DNA from: Ruditapes philippinarum
Taxonomy: Eukaryota
Length of the DNA stretch: 64,000 nucleotides
Direction of reading: 5' to 3'
Assembly: GCF_026571515.1 (NCBI RefSeq)
Contig: NW_026866721.1
Location: 248,001 to 312,000, forward strand
Position numbers and translations under genes: made by a program. The notes beneath the pieces are model-generated. The model ran no database searches, was not told where the DNA came from, and saw nothing but the letters and a program-made list of their open reading frames with translations. Numbering within the stretch: position 1 is the stretch's first letter; each line of letters starts with the position of its first letter. This document shows, in pieces, positions 51,867 to 64,000 of the stretch.

Positions 51867-52095
51867 TGAGCTGCGTCATGACAAAACCAACATAATGGGT
51901 TTGCGACCAGAATGGGTCCAGACCAGTCTACGCATCCGCGCAGTCTGGTCAGGATCCATGCTGTTCGCTTACCAACAAGTACAGAAACTGATAGCGAACA
52001 GCATGGATCCTGATCAGACTGCGCGGATGCGCAGGCTGGTCTGGATCCATGCTGGTCGCAAACGCACTATGTTGGTTTTGTCGTGACGCGGCTCA
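51867..52095. mobile_element. Palindromic MITE copy
   Basis: Same family as 2463-2699. Confidence 0.87.
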
Positions 52096-53777
52096 AATAT
52101 GATCTCGCTTTGAGAAATTTTTGCTTCTGGTCAAAGCAACGTCATATAGGAATTGCTCAAAAACCCATATCACGTTCCGCAAGAACGTAACTAAAGATAG
52201 AACGTTTTAAAAACTAGGACATACATCTCTAATGTCGCTCAGTATTGTCGAATTGTATTAAATCCAAGCACAATGATGAATTTGAAAAACACACATATCT
52301 TTATCCCGATTAATTTGGGACATAGATCAAGGGAAATAATCCTTGATGTATAAATAGTATATTGATAAGTTGCAATAAGCATGCGCGATTCTTCCAGGCG
52401 ATTAGCTAGGTCATCATCATTATGACAGAAAAATCATTTTTGATTCAAAATTTTTCTTACAAAATTAATGTATGTTTATTTCTTTCTAGTATCAAATATG
52501 GTTTTGATGATTTTTACTGCTAACAACTAAGGGCATTATCCGATGATCATTGACTAATTAAAGTTTAACACACTGGATAATTTTATCCGTTAGCAACAGA
52601 ATTTATCGGACAGTCATTTTTTAGCCAGTGGATCCTTTGTTTATCACTTGCCAATGTTTTGAACAATCTGGAGCCTGTAGTTTGAAAAGGGAAAGTTTCA
52701 ATATACATTGTACCTGTGTTTGTATAATTCCTCGATCAGACACATAAAATAGTGTAGTGCATTGCTAAAAGCAGCATAATATTTTGTTCAGGGACATTTT
52801 ATTCCGTTAACATATAATATTCATGTGTGTTAAATAGATACAGGGGCAGTGTGTCCAATGGAGGTGCATATCATGTCACATACATTGCGTTAATTGCAGT
52901 CCATTATCGGCAGTAACTGTGCTATATTAGTTATGCCCAGAGGCAAGGATTAAATTTATTGACAAGCGCTGTGTGACAAGTAAAGATATATACACGTTGT
53001 AAGTAAAAATGTTCGGCGATTAAGTTTAAGATTATTTTGCATTAGGTTTCTGAATTTTTTTTAACAAGAAAACGAAAATCCACGAATTTAAGAACCCACG
53101 AAAATTCCCTTTTTGATCAAACCACGAAATTTCATGCCCACGAATTTAAGTGAATTCGCAGTATATAAAGACATTCGATGATACAACTCTTACTTTTTAT
53201 ATAGCTTTTTCCCCTTTAAAAGGGAAATAAATCATGTACCTGCGGGTGTGATAGTTTCCTGGATTATCTCTCTTTATTCGCCACATTGAATACTGCTACA
53301 TAGGGTTTATATAACGCTCATTTACGTACTCTGAAACAGGCGTGCGGACCCTTATTGAGCTTAGAACACACACGCGCGCCTTTACAATTCGAATAATGTC
53401 CCTTCAAAATTCCACAATACCAGCTTCAAAACCGAAAGAAACGCCATTTTCGCAATAATTAAAAAAATGAATGAATACTTCCGAAAACAGTATATAAACA
53501 AAATTTCAAAATTTATTTAGTAGCTTCACCTCGTACCCAAAAGTGTCCAAGTTATGAAAAAGTTATTAAAATATTCAATGTTGAAAAATGTCAAGTAAGC
53601 ATTTTGTGTTGACCAAAACTGGGTTGTGAATTGTTGTTCACAAATTATGTTGATATCGCTTCTTCTTTCACAATTTTAAGCAAAAAAATACTTAAACTTT
53701 ACCATTTCAGGAAAATCGCGCTTGTTTTTTTATTGTTCCCAATCTGCCCTTATATTTTTGAAATGTATTGTATTTAT

Positions 53778-53968
53778 GCCAGCCTGCATAGCTCAATCGT
53801 TTAAAGCGCGAGTCTTGTAATCTCGATCATGTGGGTTTGATTACCGGGCTGTCCATCTAAAACTACAGAACAGTCTCGGCAGTCTCTCGGATGAGAATTT
53901 AAAGAAGTGGAGGAATTGCCCATATGGACAATTGGTGGCGAGTATAAATATACTGAAATACACACACT
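53778..53968 (+). mobile_element. tRNA-derived SINE (third family) with (AC)n tail
   Basis: tRNA-like head; the tail TGGAGGAAT.GCCCATATGG.CAA..GGTGG.GAGTATAAAT also occurs at ~3746-3806 and ~43929-43987. Confidence 0.6.
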
Positions 53969-55197
53969 TTATGTTTTGTTGGTGGGTTCAAAGGCACACC
54001 GACACTGTAAATGTGAAATGACCAGTTCCCGGCTAATACTGGTTGAGGAATTAAGACGCAGAACTGCACCTGCAAGCCTTTTCCAGACACAACTGGGCAC
54101 CTAAATAGAACCTTCTGTAACCAAGCTGTATAACTTCCTTATAGGCAAGAATCATAGTCCCTGGCATGATTCGAATCCACAGTTGTGGGGTGCAAATAGT
54201 TCAAAGTGTTCGACTTGAACTAATCGAAGTGAAAACTCATAATTACATACATGTAGTTGAATGTTCTGATATTTGAAGATAGTACAAGAGAAACCTGTAA
54301 TTATTTAAGAATTAACAAAAGCATTTTCGGGGGTAAAAAAACTCAAATTTGAAAAGATCAACATTTCCAACGCAAAGTGTGTTAGAAACACATTTTTGTG
54401 TAGAGATCGCAAATTCTTTAGATGCATTACGTTGAGACGAATACGTAACTAACGCTATAATGCATTATTCATTCTTCAACAATCATAATTCCAGTAATGG
54501 CCTTTAAAAGGAATTTAAATATAATTATCTTTGATAGTAACGGGCCTGTGAATGAATGGCACTAAATCCTTATATTTCAGACAGTTGGGGATTAGTCTTA
54601 CATTTTAGTATTGAAATACAATACAAATTATAACAAGATATTCTCCCTAATAAAGAAGAGCTCAGAAATACAAAGTTCATTAGGCATAGGAAACTATTAA
54701 CTATTGATCTTACCGCACCGCTTTGGTGTATACCCTGTTGATTCGGTTAAATGATTTCTATATTTTATATTTGGAACTGTTTAATGTCACCTCAAGTGTT
54801 TTCGAAAAGAAATAAAGAGTTAAGTTCGCCTGCACGGATCTGCAGACAGATATATCTATAAGTCTATCTTTAAATCATATCATAAAATTAAACGGCAAAA
54901 ATATTTTCTTCAGATGATAAGTATACTGTATTTGAATAGGGTTTGATAAGCAACACAACACGTATGTAACATGTAAATGTAATAATAATGATAAATTTAT
55001 TAACATTAAAGAAATGCACATGATAACAGATAACTGTTGTTCCAATTTTGTCATTTTCAAGAACGTTTGTTACGTCAAAATGTTTACATAGCGCATGAGA
55101 ATAACAACACATCCATGGAAGAAAATGAGAAATGAGTTTCTGCAAGTGTTAGAGGGTAATAGCCATTTTGTCCGTCGCAACAACTTGTCCGAGCACT

Positions 55198-58100
55198 TCA
55201 TGCCAGTAGTTGTGACACCTCTGTAAAATAAAAAAGATAAAACAGGAAGCTGAGATGAATACATAGTCAAAGGGGACGTTGTCGAGTTAGTAAACAAAGT
55301 AACGCATAAAAGATTTCCATGTAATGGTTCCCGAAGCCTACATCTTTTAATAAAATGTTGAAAGTTGCCCACTCCCGTACTTCATCTTGGTACTTTGTCC
55401 CGTCCCAAAGGATAATTGATTCCAATACTATTAGTGTTAAAGATTGAACGCTTCTTAATTCGGTGCTAGAGGGCGTGATAGTATGTCGGTGCTCTGGGGT
55501 GTTAGAGTAAGTTGGTGCTGCTAGTGGCGTGAGAGTAAGTCGGTGCTAGGGGCGTGATAATAAGTAGGTGCTTAGGAGCGTGAGAGTAAGTCGGTGCTTG
55601 GGAGCGTGAGAGTAAGTCGGTGCTAGGGGCTTGAGAGTAAGTCGGAGCTAGGGGCGTGGGTGTTAGCAGGTGCTAGGGGAGATGAGAGTAAGTCGGTGCT
55701 AGGGGGCGAGAGAGATGTGGCATTGTTCATCATCTCTAATGAACAATTTCCACAAATCCAAGAGACTCCGAATTTCATCTCTTAAGTTTTGTTTTCTTGG
55801 CCCTGAAATTTTATAAATTATCTAAGACGTACAAACGGACTATTTACGTAAAAAAAAATGGCCTGAATGGACAAGAAACAAGGCACCTTAAGAAAGTGCT
55901 TTAGAATAAAAAAGTTACTACAGTATATCACATGAAGATAAAATTATAAGTTCTTTTCATAAGTACGGCTTCAATATATTGTAATCTAAAATAATTATTT
56001 TGTAAATGTTTTCATAATTCAATTTCAGTTAGTAGTATTCATTCATTATCAAATAATACAGTATGACAGGAAAGAAAATGTAACTTCAGAAGTTGTTCAA
56101 GCATTGTACATGTAAATACATTTCATTTACAAAACAAAAATCCGATATTTACCAACTATACTCAAAGTTCCACTTCCGTCAGTATCAAGTTGATTGAAGA
56201 CTTCGTCCACGTCTTCGTCCGTTAGACATTCACCGAGGGAAGTTAAACATCTCTTTAGCTCCTCTCTGTCTAATGTACCATTTTTATCACGATCAAAAAG
56301 TCTGAAATATTTGTAGAATCATTTACAAATTAACCAAAAAGTTAAAGAACTATCCTCATTCTTGTACATTTTATTCTAGAACTTTCCTTAACATTTTGTT
56401 TAATAGTGGCAAAAGCTATCCCTTACATTTTTAGAGCTATCCTTGAAATTTTATTTTAGAATGGTAAGAACTATCCTTTACATTTTATTTCAGAAAAGGT
56501 AGAACTGTCCTTTACATTTTATTTAAGAATGACCAATGAGATTCATCGTGGTTTCAGTTTGCAATTCTAAAATGATCAATGAAAATTATTTTTGTTATTT
56601 CAGTCCTTTCCTGCAGTCCTTTTCTGATAATTTTACAGGAAGACCAACGGATAACAGACGGACTTCTTCCGAACAGGAACAAACTTTTCTCCTTATGAAG
56701 TTTCCTAATTTGACCCACGTGGGTCAGGTTAGAGCGTTAAGATTTCACAATAGTTGTCACAGTGAACTCTGAAAACGTTTATGAATATGTCAAAGGAATG
56801 GCTTAGAATTGTTTCAATCATACAATATATTGTAACTTCCAGGGTTTGTTCAAGTCACATTACTTGTTTTAAAACTACTCGGTGATTCTGTCGGCGTCTA
56901 AATTTCTTTTTTTAACATATATAGATATATTTACGATTTAAAACCAAAAAAATATTGAATTTTTATGGGACTATAAAAATGTCATTTTAGCGTGATTTGA
57001 GTACATAAGATCTTTTTAATGTTTTGTGATCAATTTGCTTGAGAATGAAACCTATGTGTATTAAAATATTGGCAGTACCTAAATGCTTCCAAAAGATCAA
57101 ACTCTGTGGAAGTATGTTTCAATAGTTCCTCCTTCATGATCTGTTCAAATACTTCATATGTGACCTTCTCTAAATATATGATAATAACATGTTTATATAT
57201 GAAATGCTTGAAATTGATATTAAAGTTGCATACAGCCAGATGAGTCAAAATATTTCAAGAAAACCAAACTTTAGAAAAATGTACACAGATTTTAAGAAAA
57301 TGAAAAAAGATTCAAAATTCCAGTAATTATTTACATGTTATGTGCGATTGATGACTGTTTTGCAGTATTTATCATCATAATCCTAATGCTTTACTAAAGC
57401 TGGAAAGGGCTTCTTTTGCATATTTTGACCTCCTTTTTGGTATCTTACATGGATTGTAAGTGCCCTTTGCAATGTATAAATTACTTTTTTGTTCCCTTAA
57501 CAATATTTTACTTTTAAATACATTTTAAATTTTCATGAAAACTAGTATAAGTATGTAGTCATGCTGCTTCAACAACCGATATGTCCATAATAATAACATT
57601 GTCCTCCGCGAGGTTGGTGGCCATTAGCTTTTATTTGCTTAAAATGTCTCTGTGGTGATCTATATATCATTAGATTTTATTATGCAGTTTTCAATCTGTA
57701 ATATGTCTTAATGTAACTGTGGTGTACGCCTTTAAAGTATTACAAAAATAAAAAAAGACAACTTATAACTATGTAACATGATGCCTTTTGGCAAGACACT
57801 CTTCTGTAACGATTGTAAAGTGTAAATACTGATGCAAAAAATATAAATGCATTTACTTTTTCCCTTAGAATTTGGCCCAACGTCATTTTTCTTCATAATG
57901 TCTTTCACATCTTTGACTGTGGGGTTCAAACCAAGAATCTGTAGTGCTTTTCTCAGCTCTTTTAATGATAATGTACCGGACTTGTCTATATCAAAATTTT
58001 CATATAAATCTTTAATGTCTGAAATGAAAATAAGAAATAAAAGGAATTAAAAAAATAATAAAAATAGAAATGTTCAGATATCTTATCCATTGATATTTGA

Positions 58101-59031
58101 TCACTTGGGAATAATATTTTACAATAAACATGTTTTCATATAATACTGTTTGTGCTAACCGATTCATACCGTAAAATGGCCTTACACATTTTACACAATT
58201 CGTCCTATTTAATCCCTATAAGTAGCTTGTTATGAATTGAAAACTGACATTCCACACTAATTTTATGTCTCACTATAGACTCGCGGGATTTCGGCGTAAG
58301 TGGCTAAGACTTTATAAAATCTGGAAAAAAAAGAGCCGACCCTCGGAAGCAATTAAATTACAATATTATAGGAATTAACATGTCCAACATCATTTTTCCT
58401 CAAATTAATTATGAAGTCATTGTTAACATAAAATAGCAGGGTTCTATCAAGAGGGACTGGGGAAAGACATGGGGGCAGGGAGAAGGGATGGGGGCGTTAT
58501 TTAATCATGAAAGTGTTTGGCCTCTTATTAGTCAAACTTACATGCCTGTTTTAACCGAGTTTTTAAATATTTATTTTGTTTTGTTTTGCATTCATTCATA
58601 AAAATTATCTGAAAATAAAAGTCATACTGTGTTCGTAACATGTGACATAATAAAAAGATTTCAAAATATAATGATTAATTAATTAATTTGAGCACAGGCC
58701 AACTACGTTGACAGGATGTTCGTGTGTCAACATTTAATTCTGTCACAAAATTGTCACTGAATGTTTTACGAGTATAACAATCATTGTGTCACATGGAAAT
58801 GAAAACAATTATTTATTATGCGATACCAAAAGGGGAGATTTAAATTACTTATATATATTTACTTTTTTCCATAGAATAAAAATAATATATTTTAATCAGG
58901 TACAACATTCAGAAAAAATGCTTACGCTCTTTTTGACTTTCTGTAAGTTCCCCCGTTGGAGCCTCATGTTGCTCGCATTCGTCCTCATCTGGATCGTAAC
59001 CGGCGTCCATTCCGCACTCATCCATATCCAT
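55198..59031 (-). CDS. Calmodulin-like EF-hand protein with acidic N-terminal extension, 176 aa
   Basis: Exons 59031-58926, 58018-57857, 57169-57079, 56301-56153, 55220-55198 (531 nt). EF loops DIDKSGTLSLKE, DRDKNGTLDREE, DTDGSGTLSIVE; also LGLNPT, EAFRLFD, SLGECLTDEDVDE. Confidence 0.85.
55460..55712. repeat. G-rich ~25-bp minisatellite
   Basis: About 10 units of GAGAGTAAGTCGGTGCTAGGGGCGT. Confidence 0.85.
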
Positions 59032-61760
59032 TTCCTAGAATAATTACCACATGTTGTGTAAAATTGTGTAAAAATTGTATACGTTTTTTTAAATATATTT
59101 TTCTATTAAATTCATCATCTTAAAAAATGACTTTCACACCGTAGCATTCTTATTTTCACTGTGTATATTCGTTTCAACAATCTGTCAAGAAAATAAAAAA
59201 TAAAAATATCGCGAGAAATCATTTAGTGGTGTATTACCTAACGTTAAGAAATAAATGAAACACATTTTGAAAATTTATTGTTCTTTAAATTAACCAGTGT
59301 CTGAAGTGCTTGAAAAAAATAACCTTATACATGTATATTGAGATGAAAAGATACTCTTTAAATTAATAAGTAAAATCCATCAATCACAAGTAAAATCTCC
59401 GAGCTTAATTTCCATTCAAAATGTCAAATTTACCTAATGAATTTAAAAACAAAACAAAAAACACAATTTGCAAATGTATTATTTTTCAAATTCACCACAA
59501 TTTTAAGAAGTGCTTAAAAAATCTTATACTAAGATGAAAACATACACTTAAACTTAAACAAGTAAAATCCAACAACAACGAATAAAAACTCCGAAAAAAA
59601 TCCTTTCAAACAACCAAATATACCTCTTGTCTTAATCACTGTGAAAAAAGTAAAACCCGATTATAGATTTGTCCTGACATGGTATATACATGTTTAGCTA
59701 GTTGATTTTAGATTGTAATCGCCCCCTATTGTTCGGTAATATACCTTTAAAAACTATTAGTTTGGCCTATTGGCATATATGATTTATTAGTGAAATAACT
59801 GACGGTTAAACAAATACAGGTGAAATTTTCACAGTGTTAAGTGGCGACAAAATCTTTTTAAGATTACTTTTCAGATATATTTTTATGAATCCTTACATTG
59901 TGATGACCAATCTTTCTTTTAAAGTATGATAGTGTGCTTTAAATTTTAGTGTGCTTTGAATTAAGTGACTATCGCATACCATAAATATAAAGCCTGGTCA
60001 AATCTGTATTTTATTGCTATTTTTTCAGAATCTGTGCTGTTAATTAGGTAAATTAAAAGGGTATAAAGCTATATCTACGGAAATATTTTCATATAAAATT
60101 TTATATATTTTTGTATAAAATTCATTTATGGTAAAATAATGTTGATTCCAAAAATATTGTGGCCATTTTTCGAAAGAGCTGTGAAATAGAATGTTGTTTT
60201 TTAAATCTACACACAGGAAAAATTGTAACAGAATAAAAGTTTCAAAACAAAAATAGTATCATGTTCTGTTTTAACCGTTTCACAATGATGTTGTGCATGC
60301 GCCGTTGCTCTTATGAAATATAAAGAAATATTTCCTTTATACTGGTATTTTGCCATTGTTCTTTTTCAAAAAATTTAACAATTAATTTGTAAACTACAGG
60401 CAGTAAATATATTATACAGCTTTATATATTTTTGATAGTTTGACGCTTAAATCATGAAAATGAACGCGAAGCAGTTCTAAATTCCATCCAGTCCGTATAC
60501 TGCCTGGACAACACTTTAAGTTACTTATGCATATAACATAAATGTTAACATACTTGGTCCGCCTTCATTTGAAACATGTTTTAATCCTTTCTTATGTAAG
60601 TACGAAAAACTAATTCAAACAATTATCTTTTAATATTTCCGTTGTTGTTGTTGTTGTTGTTTTTTAACTAAAAATTGTCTTGTTTATAAACACAGTTCAT
60701 AAGAGTTAACTTTTCTATAAAACACATTTTCAATCGTTCAAATTCTGTTTTTAATCCTTAAATCGGATTTTTCCGGTAGAGTGACCATATTTATAAATAT
60801 GAAGAAAAAAATTTGTTCATATATCTTTATAAAGCATGATCAATCAGTGATTTATTTACCTTCCCCAAAAGAGTTTTGAAATTTGAAATGCCGGTACTGT
60901 AACATATTGCAAAACTAAATTACATGTTTACAAGTTCATGAAAAGAAGTTGTGCATTTAATATGGATATTAATCAATGGTATATTAAACATCGCCAACAG
61001 ATCAATCTAATCTCAATAGATCCGAGATAGTTCTTTGACATCGGCGTTGACGTCTTTGTGATAGTTAAATGATTCAAGCTGTTTAAGAGATGATCGATAT
61101 CTGATTGAAATGACATATATATCATTGATCAATAAAGAAAGAATAAAACAGATGAAAAATTTAAACGCAATTGAAGAAGATTGCTATGTCTATTTGATAG
61201 CAAAATGTCACGTGGTAAGGCGTCCATAAATGAAATGCTTTAAAACATCTGCAGCACCGGTTGAAAAATTTACCCAAGAGTTCTAACATCACCTTAACAT
61301 TCACTTTCAGCGCACTGATATACGTTAGCGGTACTGGTTGTGTAGGAGACTGTAAGACATGTTCCACCAACTTCTTAAGTTCAACCAAAGGAGTAACGAC
61401 TTAAGTAAAACCCGCCATAAATATATTTGTAAGCTGTACCGACTATTATCATAGCTGAGTCGTAGATTTAATAACTGCCATTTTGAATTCTTTTGATCGA
61501 TAAGTATTTTTTTCTCTTATTGGAGGGACCATGCTGATATTTGCCAAAAATAAAGGCGGTGGAAGGGTCACGGACGACTTTAAAAGTATTGTAGAATATA
61601 ATATGTCATCCTGCGTGCAAAACAATGGCGTTATTACATGTCATCTCACATATGCAGTAAGACGATTAATTCATCTTTCCTCTGTTACATTATGCTAATA
61701 CAGTTTTGAAACACAGTCGCAAAGTTATTTTGACTGCAATCATTATTCTGTTAAATGATA

Positions 61761-61830
61761 TGAGCCGCGTCACGACAAAACCAACATAATGGGTTGCGAC
61801 CAGCATGGATCCAGACCAGCCTGCGCATCC
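61761..61830. mobile_element. Truncated palindromic MITE (one arm)
   Basis: TGAGCCGCGTCACGACAAAACC...CTGCGCATCCG, then an abrupt junction. Confidence 0.75.
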
Positions 61831-62714
61831 GGAGCTTGCCTCGTTTTTATTCCGTGCCCCGCTTGGTGCCGTTCCGTTTTTAGGGAGGTGACTGTGGATG
61901 CTGGGCTGCTTTTGTGGGGGTGGAGGTTGTTATCTTCATTCTAATTCTTTCGATAATTATCACATTGCCCAGTGTAACCATATTGCGACCTTGGTTGTAC
62001 TTTCTAAAAAAGTTTATTTCAGTTTCCATGTTGCTGTCAAGGATAAAGATGAAGCGCAAAAGACTATTCATTCCTAGCCAATGTATACACGTGTGTCTTG
62101 TAAAACGTTCTGAGCTTGTTTTCGTAGCTAGTCCTTTTTATGGTCTAATTAAAATACAAATACAATATGGTTTCTTTCAAATCAGGTTTAATTTCAAGTC
62201 AGCGCGTAAAAGTCTCATACGTGTGTACACAATAATTATATTGTCTGAATGTATTTAAATGTGACACATGACTATACCCCCTGTTCAATATACCAAAAAA
62301 TATATATAGGCATCAAAATGCAATTCATACACACACAATTGTAGTGGCGACAATTCCAATTCCGTATTCCTTTCCTTGTATGGAAACAAATAAGGAATAA
62401 ATTCTCAACCATCATAAATTAGTAATAAGTTTAAGCAATATATCAACGTCAAAATAAAGTAAATTGCCACTAATATTTACCAGTAAGAAAAGAGAACGGA
62501 AGAACGCACTGAAAATTAAAATGATCATTAATTATTAAGTTGTAGGCTGTCAGAAACGGACAAAGTTTGGCGAATGTAGGTCTCTCGGTTAATGCACTTT
62601 TATTTCCATGCGTCATCATCTGTAGACGCGATTAAAGTTCAAACCGGAAGAACGATTAAATAATTCTAAGAGACTTCTGCAGATATTAATGCTAGAAAAG
62701 GTGCATTAGAGTAA

Positions 62715-63222
62715 TTTTTATACCCCCGCGCAACAAAGTTGTAAGGGGGATTTACTAGAATCAGCTTGTCCGTCCAGACGTCCGTCTGTCCGGCCGGCCG
62801 GACGTCTGGCCGTCCGTCGGTTTTTCCTTGTCCGCCCAATAACTTAAGATTCCTTTGACCCACAGGCTTCATATTTGGCATGGAAGTTAGTCATGATTAG
62901 TAGATGACCCCTTTTGATTTTGAGGTCACTGGGTCAAAGGTCAAGGTCACAGGGGCCTTGACAATAAAAAGCTTGTCTACCCAATAACTTAAGATTCCTT
63001 TGACTCACAATATTCATATTTGGCATGGAGGTTAGTCGTGATTAATAGGTGACCCCTTTAGATTTTAGGTCACTGGGTCAAAGGTCAAGGTCAAAGGGGC
63101 CTTGACTAAAAAAGCTTTTCCGCCCAATAACTTAAGATTCCTTTGACCCACAGGCTTCATATTTGGCATGGAGGTTAGTCATGATTAGTAGATGACCCCT
63201 TTTGGTTTTGAGGTCACTGGTC
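62715..63222 (+). mobile_element. Helentron-associated (HINE/pearl-like) element with ~145-bp internal tandem repeats, 3' truncated
   Basis: TTTTTATACCCCC...GGGGGA head, (GTCC/GTCT)n tract, repeats containing GAGGTCACTGGGTCAAAGGTCAAGGTCA, with CCCAATAACTTAAG at 62835, 62980 and 63123. Confidence 0.8.
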
Positions 63223-63414
63223 AGTACTCAGCATTTAAGCAGAATTCAATTTGCACCTTCAGAACTTTGGAACCCAAAGTGCGTTGATATGTAGTATATT
63301 AACGTCCTTTCGGGTTCATTTCTCGATGATGACCCCAAAGTGTGCTGTGAAGACCCCGCACTTTGGGGTCGGACTTTTGCTTTTGAAGTGCGGTATCACG
63401 CATTGCCCGTTCGA

Positions 63415-63532
63415 TTTTTTTCCGTTTATGCAATTTTCATTTCCGTTCATGTCCATTAGTGTCGCAGTTTAAGATTTTATCCATTCATGCATTTTTCATT
63501 TCCGTTCATGTCTATCAGCGTGGCAGTTTAAA
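63415..63532. repeat. ~58-bp tandem duplication
   Basis: Two copies of TTCATTTCCGTTCATGTC.AT.AG.GT.GCAGTTTAA. Confidence 0.7.
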
Positions 63533-64000
63533 TACAAAAGAATACTTAAAATTTTCAGGACAACTGATTGAGCGAAAACACACAATCATGTGTAAAAAAT
63601 GAGGTTGATCACGTTGAACCTTACATTGTTTCCTAAATCAGTTTTTTTTTCTCATCTGCGTCTCTGACATTAGAGCAAACATGCATGCCTGAATCCAAAC
63701 AATTCCGCTCAAGTTTATATCTCTTCGTTTGTTTTATTTTTAGTTGGTGTCAATTTAATAGCAGGCTTTAAAACCGCCCAGTTTTCTGAACATATTGTAT
63801 TCATCAAACTAACGCTTCACGTTAAGTCACGTGATTGACAAACGGCTGACAATACTAAAGTTCACATCGTTCTGAATTACATATATTACCACTTTTAATT
63901 ATCTAAGGCCATATTCCTTTTTGTTTTTGATAGTGTGTGTTGTACGGACTGTTAAGATGTTAATATTTAAATCTGAAAAGAGGAGGGGTCGACTAAATGA

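Noticed and set aside
61831-62150. More GC-rich stretch with a TCIHWLGM motif, faintly like a transposase zinc finger
   Set aside because: No sustained frame or second motif; cannot be supported without a search

Overview
AT-rich, intron-containing eukaryotic DNA; the repeat families and gene content suggest a bivalve mollusc (inference). There are two assembly gaps. I reconstructed six spliced genes by hand, all with consistent intron phases. (1) A type II membrane C-type lectin receptor with a mucin-like stalk and canonical QPD/WND motifs (+, <1-2951). (2) A convergent paralogous receptor (-, 8170-4927) whose C-type lectin domain is interrupted in the middle by a complete kringle domain on its own symmetric phase 1-1 exon. 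(3) A 14-exon, 679-aa SLC6 transporter with degenerate Na1/Cl- site residues and a GC-AG intron. (4) A secreted coiled-coil plus short-chain collagen C4-like protein. (5) NAPE-PLD. (6) A calmodulin-like EF-hand protein. The rest is LINE fragments, tRNA-derived SINEs, palindromic MITEs, TTAA-flanked Kolobok-like MITEs, Helentron-like elements and satellites. The top candidate for a new system is the receptor pair: both carry a conserved cytoplasmic YTIL motif, and one has a kringle-inside-lectin architecture that has lost its sugar-binding motifs while the kringle keeps lysine-binding-site residues.
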